A stretch of DNA of 64,000 nucleotides from Mobula hypostoma (lineage: Eukaryota), in contig NC_086098.1 in NCBI RefSeq assembly GCF_963921235.1, positions 9,300,001 through 9,364,000 on the forward strand. Reading direction: 5' to 3'. Shown piece by piece: positions 37,444 to 49,870 of the stretch. The notes under the pieces are model-generated. The model searched no databases, was not told the origin of the DNA, and saw only the letters and a list, made by a program, of their open reading frames with translations. The stretch's first letter is position 1. Every line of letters begins with the position of its first letter. A program made the position numbers and the translations under genes.

Positions 37444-37914
37444 AAAACAGGAAGTACTGCAATACTCAGCAGGTCAAACAGCATCTGAAGAAAGGGAAGC
37501 TGTTAATGTTTTTGATCAAAGACTCTTGATCAGACCTGGAAGAGAGGAAGCAAGATAAGTTTCAAAGTGCAGAGAGGGTGAGGAAGGTGTGGATAGGACA
37601 AAGGGAATATTTCTGCGGTCATGAACTCAACATTGCCTTGGTGATGTGTTGTTCACAGAAACACCTTACTGATGTACTGTACTAATGAGGACTGCAGAGA
37701 GACAGAACACAGAGTTTATGTAAGAGACAGAACAGAGATGTACAAGGCTAATTTTATGGCATTAGATAGAGACATTTCAAAGTTTGATTAAGACAGAGTT
37801 AGATAAAAGAATGTCTGGCAAGTAGGAAGATTTTTAAAAGTAAGATAGGGAGGGGTCAGGGCCAAAATATTACTGTCAGGGGCATGGCTGACAGGACTAG
37901 GAACTCTAGCTAAT

Positions 37915-38160
37915 GAGAGGCAAAGCAGTTAGCAATGCATGTTGCAGTGCCAGTGACCCAGGCTCTGTATAAGAAGTTTGTATGTTCTCTCCATGATTAC
38001 GTGGGTTTGCCCTGGGTGCTCTACACTTGTTAGTAAGTTGTGGGCATGGTATTTTGGCAACACTGGCAGGCTGTCCCCAGCACAATCCTTGGACTGTGTT
38101 GGATGCCGATGCAAACGACACATTTCACTATATGTACATGTGACAAATAAAATTAATCTT
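37915..38160 (+). mobile_element. V-SINE with LINE-like tail
   Basis: gtttgtatgttctctccatgattacgtgggtttgccctgggtgctc V-domain; tail tgtgacaaataaa. Confidence 0.65.
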
Positions 38161-38289
38161 GGAAAAAGGATATTGATGTATTGGTCAGGAGAAAGAACTC
38201 ATACAGGTTCAGGCAGTGGTGATCAAGAGTATAAGGAATGAAGGAATACACTAACAAAGGAAACCAGGAGGCCTAAAAGAGGATGTAAG

Positions 38290-40290
38290 GTACCATTAAG
38301 ACTATAAGATAAAGAAGCAGAATTAGGCTACTTGGCCCGTCGACGGTTGATCCAATTTTCCTCTGAGCTCCAAACTCCTGTCTTCTCCCCATATCCCTTC
38401 ATGCTCTGACCATCAAAAATCTATCAACCTCTGCCCTAAATATACACAAAACTTGGTCTCCACAGCTGATTGTGGCAAAAAATTCCCCAGATTCACTACA
38501 CTCTGGCTAAAGAAATTCCTCTTCATCTCCATTCTAAAAGGACACCCCTATACTCTGAGGCTGTGTCCTCTGGTCTTAGACTCTCCCACCATAGGAAACA
38601 TCTTCTCCACATGCATTCTTATCAAGACCGTTCACCATTCGATGGGTTTCAATAAGGTCACCCCCATTCTTCTGAATTCTAGTGAATACAGGCCCAGAGC
38701 CATCAAACACTCTTCATGTGATAAACTATTCAATCCTGGAATATTTTCTGTGAACCTCCTTTGAACACTCTCCAGTTTCAAAACATCCTTTCTAAAATAA
38801 GGGGCCCGAAACTGCTCACAATACTCCAAGTGGGGCCTCACCAGTGCTTTATAAAGTCTCAACATTACATCTTTGCTTTTGTATTCTAGTCCTCTTGAAA
38901 TGAATGCTAACATTGCATTTGCCTTCCTCACCATAGACTCAACCTGCAAATTAACCTTTAGGGAATTCTGCACAAGGGCTCCCAAGTCTCCTTGCACCTC
39001 AGATTTTTTTCGCTCCATTTAGAAAATAGTCAACCTTTTCATTTCCTCAACCAAAGTACATGACTATACACTTCCCGACATTGTATTCCATCTGCCATTT
39101 CTTTGCCCATTTTCCTAATCTGTCTAAGTCCTCCTGTAGCCTCTCTACTTCCTCAAAACCAGCTGCCCCTCCATCTATCTTCATATCATCTGCAAGCTTT
39201 GCAACAAAGCCATTAATTCCATCATCCTAATCATTGACGTATAACGTGAAAAGAATTGGTCTAAACACAGACCCCTGTGGAACACCATTAGTCACCGGCA
39301 GCTAACCAGAAAAGTCTCCCTTTATTCCCAAACAAGAGAAAATTTGCAAATGCTGGAAATCCAAGCAGCACACACAAAATGCTGCAGAAACTCAGCAGGC
39401 CAAGCAGCATCTATGGGAAGAAATACAGTTAACATAAAGTCAGAGTTGGCTTTGTTAGCCACAGTTGTGTCAACTTTAGAATACAATACTTCTTCGTCTT
39501 TGGGATGTTTATATCCTGAATCTTCCGAATTACTTTCAGAAATTCCAGCTATTGCTGCTCTGCTGTCATCCCTGCCAGTGTTCTTTTCCAATCAACTCTG
39601 GCCCAATCCTCTCTCATGCCTCTATAATTCCCTTTACTCCACTGTAACATTGATACGTCTGACTTCAGCTTCTCCTTCTCAAATTTCAGGGTGAAGTCAA
39701 TTGTATTTTGATCACTTTCCCCGAAGGGTACTTTTACCTTAAGCTCCTTAATCCTTGCACAAGACCCAGACCAGAATAGCTGATCCCCTTGTGAGCTTAA
39801 CCATGAGCTGCTCTAAAAAGCCATTTTATAGGCACTCTAGAAATTCCTCCTCCTGTAATCCAGCACTAACCTGATTTTCCCAATCTCCCTGCGTGTTGAA
39901 ATCCCCCATGACTATTGTAACATTGCCCTTTTGATATGCATTTTTTTAATCTCCTGTTGTAATTTGTAGGCCACGTCCTTACTACTGTTTGGGGGTCTGT
40001 ATACAACTTGCATCAGGGTCTTTTTAACCTTGCAGTTCCTTAGCTGTATCCACAATGGTTCAACACCTTCTGACCCTATGTCACCTGTTTCTAATAATTT
40101 AATTTCATTTTTTTTTACCAACAGAGATATACAGTCTCCTCTGCCTTCCTGCCTGTCCTTTTGAAACAATATGTATCCTTGGACATTCAGTTGCCAGATA
40201 CAAATTTCTTTCAGCCATGATTCAATAATACATAAAACATCATAGCTGTCACTTTGCAACTGTACTGCAAGTTCATCCCCGTGCTGCAAG
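38290..40290 (-). mobile_element. CR1 LINE, internally deleted (endonuclease plus RT/C-terminus), with PLE fragment at about 39330-39435
   Basis: ORF 39912-40295 contains YDVLCIIESWL...YRPPNS and ORF 38632-39018 contains RPHLEYC...LGLYSLEFRR. Confidence 0.85.
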
Positions 40291-40954
40291 TTCATACCAC
40301 TGGAAGATTAGGTAATATAGAATTCTAAGAGATTCTATACTAAGAATGAAATGAAATCCAGGGAGAGAATTGTTCCCCGTAAGGAATAGTGTGATGGTCT
40401 ATCTGTTCAGATGCAGGAGATGGATAAGATCTTGAGGGATTTCTTCTTGGCTGTATTTACTGTGGATAAAGGCCTGAGAGCTAGGGAATTCAGAAACTGG
40501 ACAGTGATGTTATGAAAAAGGAAGGGTTGGTGATGCTGAGGTGTGTGAAGGTACAAAAGATCCTTCGGGCCTGACCATGTTTATCCCAAGATATTGTGAG
40601 AAACATTGCCAAGTCTGGGGCTCTGCTTAGCAGCATGTGAGGTACTGTACTGGAAAAGGGTGAGTGACTAGCACTGTGCCTTGATTTACGAAGGGCATGC
40701 ATAGAAAGCGGTTGATATCCAGAATGTGCTGCTGGAGGAGGTAGTAGAATCAGATACAATTACTATGTTTAACAGGTATTTTGACAGACACTTAAATCCA
40801 TAAGGCAGAGGAAGATACACTCCTAATGCACGCCAATGTGATTAGGAGAGATGAGAAAAAGCTCAGCACAGAGGTGGGTCACGAGAATGATCTGGGAATG
40901 AAAGCTTTAACACCATGAGCTGGTTCTGGGCCTGTACTTGCTGTAGTTTAGAAG

Positions 40955-42853
40955 TGTAACTCTCGCTTCGGCTAGCAGCTTAATATAGGGGGTGATAGCC
41001 CCCCGACCCAGCCAAACTTAAGAAATCTCGTTTGGGTGGATACTGCACGATGTAGCCCCTGTTACAAATCAGTACCCCGAAATAACAAACAGTACATGAT
41101 ATGCGATTAACGATTAAGCTTTATAATTCTTACTTTGACTATATGCTTAGTAAAGAAAAAAAGGGCCCAACAGTCTGTTGCGCAATGTTGGAGCTCACAG
41201 ATAAGCTGATCGTTCACCATCGACCTCCTCCGATCGTCACTGCCCTTCGGACCCTCGCTCCAAGTCCACCCCGTCCGGCAGTCTACCAACTCTCTCCATT
41301 TGCGTCATCTCTCCCCAGCAAAAGACCGTAAAAATCTCCTTTCCAGCTCACAAAGAACAACAGCATTCCAAACCCCGTTGTCTCTAGTCATAGAACCATA
41401 GAACGGCTGTGCCGAACCATTTTTCTGCCTAGTCCCACTGACCTGCACACGGACCATATCCCTCCATACACCTCTCATCCATGTACCTATCCAAGTTTTT
41501 CTTAAATGTTAAAAGTGACCCATATTTACCACTTCGTCTGGCAGCTCATTCCATACTCCCACCACTCTCTGTGTGAAGAAGCCCCCACCGATGTTCCCTT
41601 TAAACTTTTCCCCCCTCACCCTTAACCCATGTCCTCTGGGTTTTTTTCTCCCCTTGCCTCAGTGGAAAAAGCCTGCTTGCATTCACCCTATCTATACTCA
41701 TCATAATTTTACATACATCTATCAAATCTCCCCTCATTCTTCTACACTCCAGGGAATAAAGTCCTAACCTATTCAACCTTTCTCTGTAACTCAGTTTCTC
41801 AAGTCCTGGCAACATCCTTGTAAACCTTTTCTGCACTCTTTCAACCTTATAATATCCTTCCTGTAATTTGGTGACCAAAACTGCACACAATAGTCCAAAT
41901 TCGGCCTCACTAATGCCTTATACAACCTCATCATAACATTCCAACTCTTATACTGAATACTTTGATTTATAAAGGCTAATGTTCCAAAAGCTCTCTTTAC
42001 GACCCTATCTACCTGTGACAACACTTTTAGGGAATTTTGTATCTGTATTCCCAGATCCCTCTGTTCTACTGCACTCCTCCGTGCCCTACCATTTACTTTG
42101 TATGTTCTACCTTGCTTTGTCCTTCCAAAGTGCAATACCTCACACTTGTCTGTATTAAACTCCATCTGCCATTTTTCAGCCCATTTTTCCAGCTGGTCCA
42201 AGTCCCTCTGCAAGCTTTGAAAACTTTCCTCACTGTCCACTACAGTTCCAATCTTTGTATCATCAGCAAATTTGCTCATCCAGTTTACCACATTATCATC
42301 CAGATCATTGACATAGATGACAAATAACAATGGACCCAGCACTGGTCCCTGTGGCACACCACTAGTCACAGGCCTCCACTCAGAGAAGCAATTCTCTACC
42401 ACCACTCTTTGGCTTCTTCCATTGAGCCAATGTCTAATCCAGTGTACTACCTGTCCATGTATACCTAGCGACTGAATTTTCCTAACTAACCTCCCATGCG
42501 GGACCTTGTCAAAGGCCTTACTGAACTCCGTGTAGACAACATCGACTGCCTTCCCTGCATCCACTTTCCTGGTAACCTCCTCCAAAAACTCTTAATGGAT
42601 TTGTTAAACATGACCTACCACGCACAAAGCCATGTTGACTCTCCCTAATAAGTCCCTGTCTATCCAAATACTTGTAGATTCTGTCTCTTAGTACTCCTTC
42701 CAATAATTTACCTACTACTGACGTCAAATTTACTGGCCTATAATTTCCTGGATTACTTTTAGAGCCTTTTTTAAACAACAGAACAACATGAGTTAAATAT
42801 TGCTGCTACAGAGAAACCATTACATTAGCAGTGAAACCCTACAGCATGTTACA
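40955..42853. mobile_element. Solo LTR (family also at 46726 and 53744), interrupted by the CR1 at 41389-42794
   Basis: TGTAAC...GTTACA termini with 4-bp TSD GAAG at 40951-40954 and 42854-42857. Confidence 0.82.
41389..42794 (-). mobile_element. CR1 RT/3' fragment
   Basis: ORFs 41791-42585 and 42518-42778 contain NYRPVNLTS, KAFDKVPH and FADD; tail (GGTTCTAT)n. Confidence 0.9.
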
Positions 42854-44025
42854 GAAGAATGAGGGGGAATCTTATTGAAACCCATCAAATATTAAAAGGC
42901 CTAGACATAGTTGACACAGAGGGGATGATTCCTATAGTGGAGGAATTTAGGACTAGAGAGCATAGCCTCATAATACAAGGGCATCCCTTTAGAACAGAGA
43001 TGAAGAGGAATGTAATTAACCAGAGATGGTGAATCTGTGGAATTTATTGCCACCAATGGCTGTGTAGGCCAGGTCATTAGGTATATTTAAAGTGGAGTTC
43101 TTGGTTAGTAAAAGTGTCAAAGGTTACTGGGAAGAAGGCAGGGTAATGGGGTGAGATAGATAATAAATCAGCCATAATAGAATGGTGGAGCAGACTCATT
43201 GGGCCAGATGGCCAAATTCTGCTCCTGTCTTATTGTCTGAAATATCCATTGCTGTTCTGTACAGCTCTAGGACACTAAGATGTGCCTGTTTGTTCCTACA
43301 CTGGCCGCTGGGAAATGAGCCAATTCCAAAAGATACAGCCATTACAGCTGCCGATGTTTCCCTCCACCCAAATCCTTCTTATCAGTGGCACCAAATGAGC
43401 CTCATGCAATGCAAGGCACGAGCTCCTGAGCCTGCAGTGATCGCACTCTCGTAGCACTCAGAGAACCAGCAATGGCAACTGTGGGACACAGAGCAGAGAG
43501 CAATCAAACATGCATGGCTTCTTGCATGTTGATCGCTACATCATTTGGATAAAGGAAGCTGTTAGATTCTTGGGTTTCGACCAAAGAAAGAAATGGCTGG
43601 AGTCGCTTAGCACTTTAGTGTTGAGTGCATCAAAAATCAAACTTTACAATTGGCGAAAGTAGCGAGAAGAAAACTGCCAGTATTTACAAAAAATATCTAC
43701 CAGAAAACACCTAATAACTCCATACTATTTTTGTCTAGTGTGAACTCCTGGCAGCAGTCTCAATCTCTCCCTCCCTCTCTCCCTCTCTCCCTCCCCAATG
43801 AACCTCATATTACAAAGTAAACAGAAGTATCGACCTTAAATACAGTACTGCATACAAACACTATATACATATTTACACATCCCTGTTACTAAATAAATGG
43901 AATATTTTGCTGTGTATGGCGGGAAAAGCACCATAAAGCCAAACCCTTTATGACCCATTATGAGAATATACTGGAGGAAGTGCATACTCTCAGCACATCG
44001 ACAGCAGAATGACGAGGCAATGGGT

Positions 44026-44043
44026 TTGTGTGTGTGTGTGTGT
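44026..44043. repeat. (TG)n microsatellite
   Basis: Direct reading of the sequence. Confidence 0.85.
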
Positions 44044-45659
44044 AAGGAGTGTGTTTACCAAACATTCTCCCGCACGGAAGCCTAAAAAATGCCAGCTGTG
44101 ATGGGCTGAATCACATCACAAAGTGTCTGGTATTGTTTCCAAGTGGGTAGTTTCAAGTAGCAATGGATGTACCCCCATTAAAGCATGCACAGGAATGATT
44201 TACACACAGAAGTCAAGGGTTAAATACTCCCAATTTCTGGATCAAAATGTACAGATCCTCACTTATGTATTGTCTTTTCTGCCCAGTGCTACAGGTGTGA
44301 AGTGCTTGTGATTTTTGTAAAGATACTGTATCTTTTCAAACCAGCTCAGACACCAAACTGTGATTTTGTCATTTATGGTTACACTTATCATCCCATTTGC
44401 TATAAATCAATATATATCTAAACCTATTTCAAGTAGATAACAGCACTGAGTCACTTTTGATGATGTTAGCCTATTAACTGTTTCAGATAACAATCATAAA
44501 TGCAAAGCAGTGGAGCCGAACATTTTATAAAAGTGATAACAAATCCAGTATACCTTATACTAAGCTGTTTTTCTGAGTATCCAGTGCAGGTTATTTTAAG
44601 TGGTAGCACATTAACAGGGATCCAGTATATTTCAAATTGGATAACTTTTGGACATTGTATTGTCAGCACACATTTTTCTGTCATTCATTCTACATGGCAA
44701 AAGTACCAAGTTAAGATCCCACTTCTATCTATATATAGTGTATTAGGGTGCTCCATTTTCCTCCCATAGTTGATTAGTAGTTTAATTGGTCATTGTAAAT
44801 TGTCCTGTGTTAAATGGTGGTGTGCCTTGTTGGGCTGGAAGTGCCTGTTCCTCACTGTATCTCTCAGGAAATAAACAAAATTAATAAATCGTGCTATCTA
44901 GGTGATAGTGGCACCAAAGGAACAGAAGTGCTGGCTAGGTAAAGCTTGGACTATCATTGTCTATGTGCAGCATATGCCTGGACCTTAATATTTAACATTG
45001 TTTTATCCCAAAAGAAGCCAAATTGTGTATTTGAGTTACATTGGATCAACATCTGTGAGAGATTTAGTAGGTATGGAGGTAGCAAAAGGCAGAATGGATT
45101 CTGGAATACTGTAATGACTTAAGTTGTTGTAGAACTGACGAAGTTCCTCTCCTACTTTGCTGACTGTTCTGAAATATTTTTTGCTGATCCTTTTTGTTAC
45201 CCTGAGTACCATTTGAGCATGTGAGGATAGAACTTGGAACAGTACAGCACAGTTGTAGAGTCATAGAAAAGTACAGGACAAAAACAGGCCCTTTGGGTCA
45301 TCTGGTTTGTGCTGAACCAGTTGTGCCCACGATGTTATGCCAACCTTTCACCTACTTCATGATCAATCTAACCCTCTCCTGTTACATCGTCCACACACCT
45401 CGATTTTTTTCTTTCATCAATGTGTCTGTCTAAGAATGTCTTAAATCTCCCTAATATACCAGTCCCTATGTAATGTAAGCTTCCTCCGGCACATCTTGGA
45501 ATGTGTTGGTCATTGATGTAACACATTTCAGTGTACATATGACAAACAAAGCTCATCTCTAATCTCTATCTGTGCTTCTTATAAACTTATAACCTCTATC
45601 AAGTCACCTCTCATCCCCCTTTTCTCCTAAAAGAAAAGCTCTTGCTCGTCCTTTGTTCG

Positions 45660-46070
45660 GGACATCTTATCTCACCTGCAGAGGAATTTGCAGTGGGAGG
45701 CAGAAGATCTAGTTGTCGTGGTCCATGTGGGTATCAACGACAGAGGTAGAATGAGGAAAAAGTCTCTGCTGAGGGAAGTTGATCACCTAGGGACTAAATT
45801 AAAAAGCAAATCCAAAAAGGTGGTAATCTGTGGATTACTACCTGAGCCACATGCAAATTGCCACAGGGTCAAGAAGATTAGAGAGTTAAATGCGTGGTTT
45901 GAGGATTGGTGTCAGAGAAGTGGGTTTGAATTCAGAGGAAGCTGGTGCCAGTGTTGGGGAAGGAGGGAACTGTTACATTGGGATGGACTGCACCTGAACT
46001 GTGATGGGACCTGGATCCTGGCGAAACGCATAACTAGGTTCAACAGATTGGAGAAGTGTGGATAAAGTAA
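45660..46070 (+). mobile_element. CR1 ORF1 esterase (SGNH-like) fragment
   Basis: VVVHVGINDRGR...VVICGLLPEP...WDGLHLN. GxND and DxxH motifs are characteristic of CR1 ORF1 esterase domains. Confidence 0.75.
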
Positions 46071-46169
46071 AAGAGAAAAGTGTGGATAAAGACAAAGTAA
46101 AAGCAAAAGTTAAAAAAGAGAAAACTATGGGTGGAGTGCAGAAAAGTCAAGTGCAAAAGAGACAAAAGT

Positions 46170-46629
46170 TATTAGATTTTAGACCATAAGATATAGGAGC
46201 AGAAGTAGGCCATTCAGTCCATCAAGTCTGCTCTGCCATTCAATCATGGCTGATCCAATTCTTCCAGTCATCCCCACTCCCCTGCCTTCTCCCCATTCCC
46301 TTTGATACCCTGGCTAGTCAAGCACCTATCTATTTCTGCCTTAAATCCATCCAGTGACTTGGCCTCCACAGCCACTCGTGGCAACAAATTCCACAGATTT
46401 ACCATCCTCTCACTAAAGTAATTTCTCCACATCTCTGTTCTAAATGGACGTCCTTGAATCCTGAAGTCGTGCCCCCTTGTCTAGACTCCCCTACCATGGG
46501 AAATAACTTTGCGATATCTAATCTGTTCAGGCCTTTTAACATTTGGAATGTTTCTATGAGATCCCCCTCATTCTCCTGAACTTCAGGGAATACAGCCCAA
46601 GAGCTGTCAGTCGTTCCTCATATGGTAAC
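46170..46629 (-). mobile_element. CR1 3' fragment
   Basis: Minus strand reads LPYEERLTALGLYSLKFRRMRGDLIET... followed by a CR1 3' UTR. Confidence 0.8.
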
Positions 46630-46934
46630 AGGGATGAAGGGGTTAACCTATGAGGAGAGATTGAGTCATTTTGGACTATACTCTTTGGAATTCAAAAGAA
46701 TGAGAGGGGATCTTATAGAAACATATATAAGACTCGCTTTGCCTAGTGGCATGATTTCGGGGGTGGCACCCCCTACCCGGCCAAACTTTAGCACTCTTGT
46801 TTGGGTGGATGCTGCGTGTCGCGTCCCCTGTGTAACATCAGTACCCCAAAATAACATTCAGTCCACAACGTGCAGTTAAACAATTAAGATTTTATATTTA
46901 AGTATAGGGTTAGTAGAGAAACAAAAGAAAAGGA

Positions 46935-49200
46935 AAACATAGAAACATAGAAAATAGGTGCAGGAGTAGGCCATTCGGCCCTTCGAGCCATTCAGTACGA
47001 TCATGGCTGATCATCCAACTCAGAACCCTGTACCTGCCTTCTCTCCATACCCCCTGATCCCTTTAGCCACAAGGGCCATATCTAACTCCCTCTTAAATAT
47101 AGCCAATGAACTGGCCTCAACTGTTTCCTGTGGCAGAGAATTCCACAGATTCACCACTCTCTGTGTGAAGAAGTTTTTCCTCATCTTGGTCCTAAAAGGC
47201 TTCCCCTTTATCCTCAAAGTGTGACCCCTCATTCTGGACTTCCCCAACATCGGGAACAATCTTCCTGCATCTAGCCTGTCCAATCCCTTTCGGGTTTTAT
47301 ACATTTCAGTCAGATCCCCTCTCAATTTTCTAAATTCCAGAGAGTATAAGCCTAGTTGATCCAGTCTTTCATCATATGCAAGTCCTGCCATCCCAGGAAT
47401 CAATCTGGTGAACCTTCTTTGTACTCCCTCTATGGCAAGAATGTCTTTCCTCAGATTAGGGGACCAAAACTGCACACAATACTCCAGGTGTGGTCTCACC
47501 AAGGCCTTGTACAACTGCAGTAGTACCTCCCTGCTCCTGTACTTGAATCCTCTTGCAGTGAATGCCAGCATACCATTCGCCTTTTTCACCGCCTGCTGTA
47601 CCTGCATGCCCACTTTCAATGACTGGTGTACAATGACACCCAGGTCTCGTTTTACCTCCCCTTTTCCCTAATCGGCCACCATTCAGATAATAACGCAAAC
47701 AACAGGAATTCTGCAGATGCTGGAAATTCAAGCAACACACATAAAAGTTGCTGGTGAACGCAGCAGGCCAGGCAGCACCTCTTCCTAGAGATGCTGCCTG
47801 GCCTGCTGCGTTCACCAGCAACTTTTATGTGTGTTATTCAGATAATAATCTGTTTTCCTGTTCTTGCCACCAAAGTGGATAACCTCACATTTATTCACAT
47901 TAAATTGCATCTGCCATGAATTTGCCCACTCACCTAACCTATCCAAGTCACCCTGCATCCTCTTAGCATCCTCCTCACAGCTAACACTGCCACCCAGCTT
48001 TGTGTCATCCACAAACTTGGAGATGCTGCATTTAATTCCCTCATTCAAGTCATTAATATATATTGTAAACAACTGGGGTCCCAGCACTGAGCCTTGCAGT
48101 ACCCCACTAGTCAGTGCCTGCCATTCTGAAAAGGTCCCGTTTATTCCCACTCTTTGCTTCCTGTCTGCCAACCAATTCTCTATCCACATCAATACCATAC
48201 CCCCAATACCGTGTGCTTTAAGTTTGCACACTAATCTCCTGTGTAGGACCTTGTCAAAAGCCTTTTGAAAATCCAAATATACCACATCCACTGGTTCTCC
48301 CCTATCCACTCTACTAGTTACATCCTCAAAAAATTCTATGAGATTCGTCAGACATGATTTTCCTTTCACAAATCCATGCTGACTTTGTCCGATCATTTCA
48401 CCGCTTTCCAAATGTGCTGTTATCACATCTTTGATAACTGACTCCAGCAGTTTCCCCACCACCGATGTCAGGCTTACCGGTCTATAATTCCCCGGTTTCT
48501 CTCTCCCTCCTTTTTTAAAAAGTGGGGTTACATTAGCCACCCTCCAATCCTCAGGAACTAATCCAGAATCTAAAGAGTTTTGAAAAATTATCACTAATGC
48601 ATCCACTATTTCTTGGGCTACTTCCTTAAGCACTCTGGGATGCAGACCATCTGGCCCTGGGGATTTATCTGCCTTCAATCCCTTCAATTTACCTAACACC
48701 ACTTCCCTACTAACATGTATTTCCCTCAGTTCCTCCATCTCACTAGACCCTCGGTCCCCTACTATTTCTGGAAGATTATTTATGTCCTCCTTAGTGAAGA
48801 CAGAACCAAAGTAGTTATTCAATTGGTCTGCCATGTCCTTGTCCCCCATAATCAATTCACCTGTTTCTGACTGTAAGGGATCTACATTTGTCTTAACCAA
48901 TCTTTTTCTTTTCACATATCTATAGAAGCTTTTACAGTCAGTTTTTTATGTTCCCTGCCAGCTTTCTCTCATAATCTTTTTTCCCTTTCCTAATCGAGCC
49001 CTTTGTCCTCTTCTGCTGGACTCTGAATTTCTCCCAGTCCTCAGGTGTGCCACTTTTTCTGGTTAATTTGTATGTTTCTTCTTTGGAATTGATACTATCT
49101 CTAATTTCCCTTGTCAGCCATGGGTGCACTACCTTCCCTGGTTTATTCTTTTGCCAAACTGGGATGAACAATTGTTGTAGTTCATCCATGCGATCTCTAA
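46935..49200 (-). mobile_element. CR1 LINE, young subfamily, 5'-truncated
   Basis: ORFs 47020-47619, 47812-48915 and 48938-49234 are almost identical to the 693-aa ORF at 3117-5198. Confidence 0.94.
47694..47835. mobile_element. 142-bp fold-back PLE-terminal insertion
   Basis: 44-bp perfect inverted arms at 47734-47777 and 47792-47835, with 13-bp TSD ATTCAGATAATAA at 47681-47693 and 47836-47848. Confidence 0.88.
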
Positions 49201-49870
49201 AACAAATAAAAGGCGCCGATAGTCTCATAAACATGTCCAGTGCACAAACGTAGGAGCTCGCAGATTCTCTTTTGCTGATCCTCCTCCACCCGTCATCGAC
49301 CTCTGGGCTCCTGCACCGAGCCCAGGCCCATCGGATCCAGCAACCATCTCCTCAAGCCAGGTCTTCTCTCTTCATCCTCCTCGCGCCTTCTCCCCCAAGC
49401 CCGCGCAAACTGACAGCTTTCACACAGACAGAATAACATCTATCCCAATTGATTAGCAAATGAATACAAGTCTCGTTATCACTAATTATAACCCAAACAT
49501 GCTGCTATAGAGAACCACTGCCTCAGCAGTTAATAGTACAGAGAAGCCATTTTATTCACCTTAGCAGTAACATGAAAAAAGAAACCCTTACACATACAAA
49601 ATTTTGAAAGGGATGGATAAGATAGAAGTAGGAAAGGTGTTTCCATTGGTAGGTGAGACTAGAACTAGGGGACATTGCCTCAAGATTCAGGGGAGAAGAT
49701 TTAGGATGGAGATGAAGAGAAACAGTTTTTCCCAGAGAGTGATGACTCTGTGGAATTCTCTGCCCAGGGAAGCAGTTGAGGCTTCTTCACTAAATATATT
49801 TAAGATACAGTTAGATAGGTTTTTACATAGTAGGGGAATTAAGGGTTATGGGGAAAAGGCAGGTAGATAG

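Larger units (their letters stand above)
40880..43235 (+). mobile_element. CR1 3' fragment hosting a solo LTR
   Basis: ctgtagtttagaag| ... |aatgagggggaatcttattgaaac continues the FRR-MRGNLIET motif across the insertion. Confidence 0.8.
46726..49592. mobile_element. Solo LTR interrupted by the CR1 at 46935-49200
   Basis: Termini T(A)TAAG...CTTACA with TSD CATA at 46722-46725 and 49593-49596; homologous to 40955 and 53744 (gtttgggtggat.ctgc, tgctgcta.agagaa). Confidence 0.78.
46630..49870 (+). mobile_element. CR1 3' fragment hosting the solo LTR 46726-49592
   Basis: GMKGLTYEERL...GDLIET| resumes as |YKILKGMDKIEVGK (ORF 49604-49870). Confidence 0.8.

Noticed and set aside
45688..46065. Stand-alone SGNH esterase gene
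   Set aside because: It matches the CR1 ORF1 esterase domain, is fragmentary, and has no exon structure.
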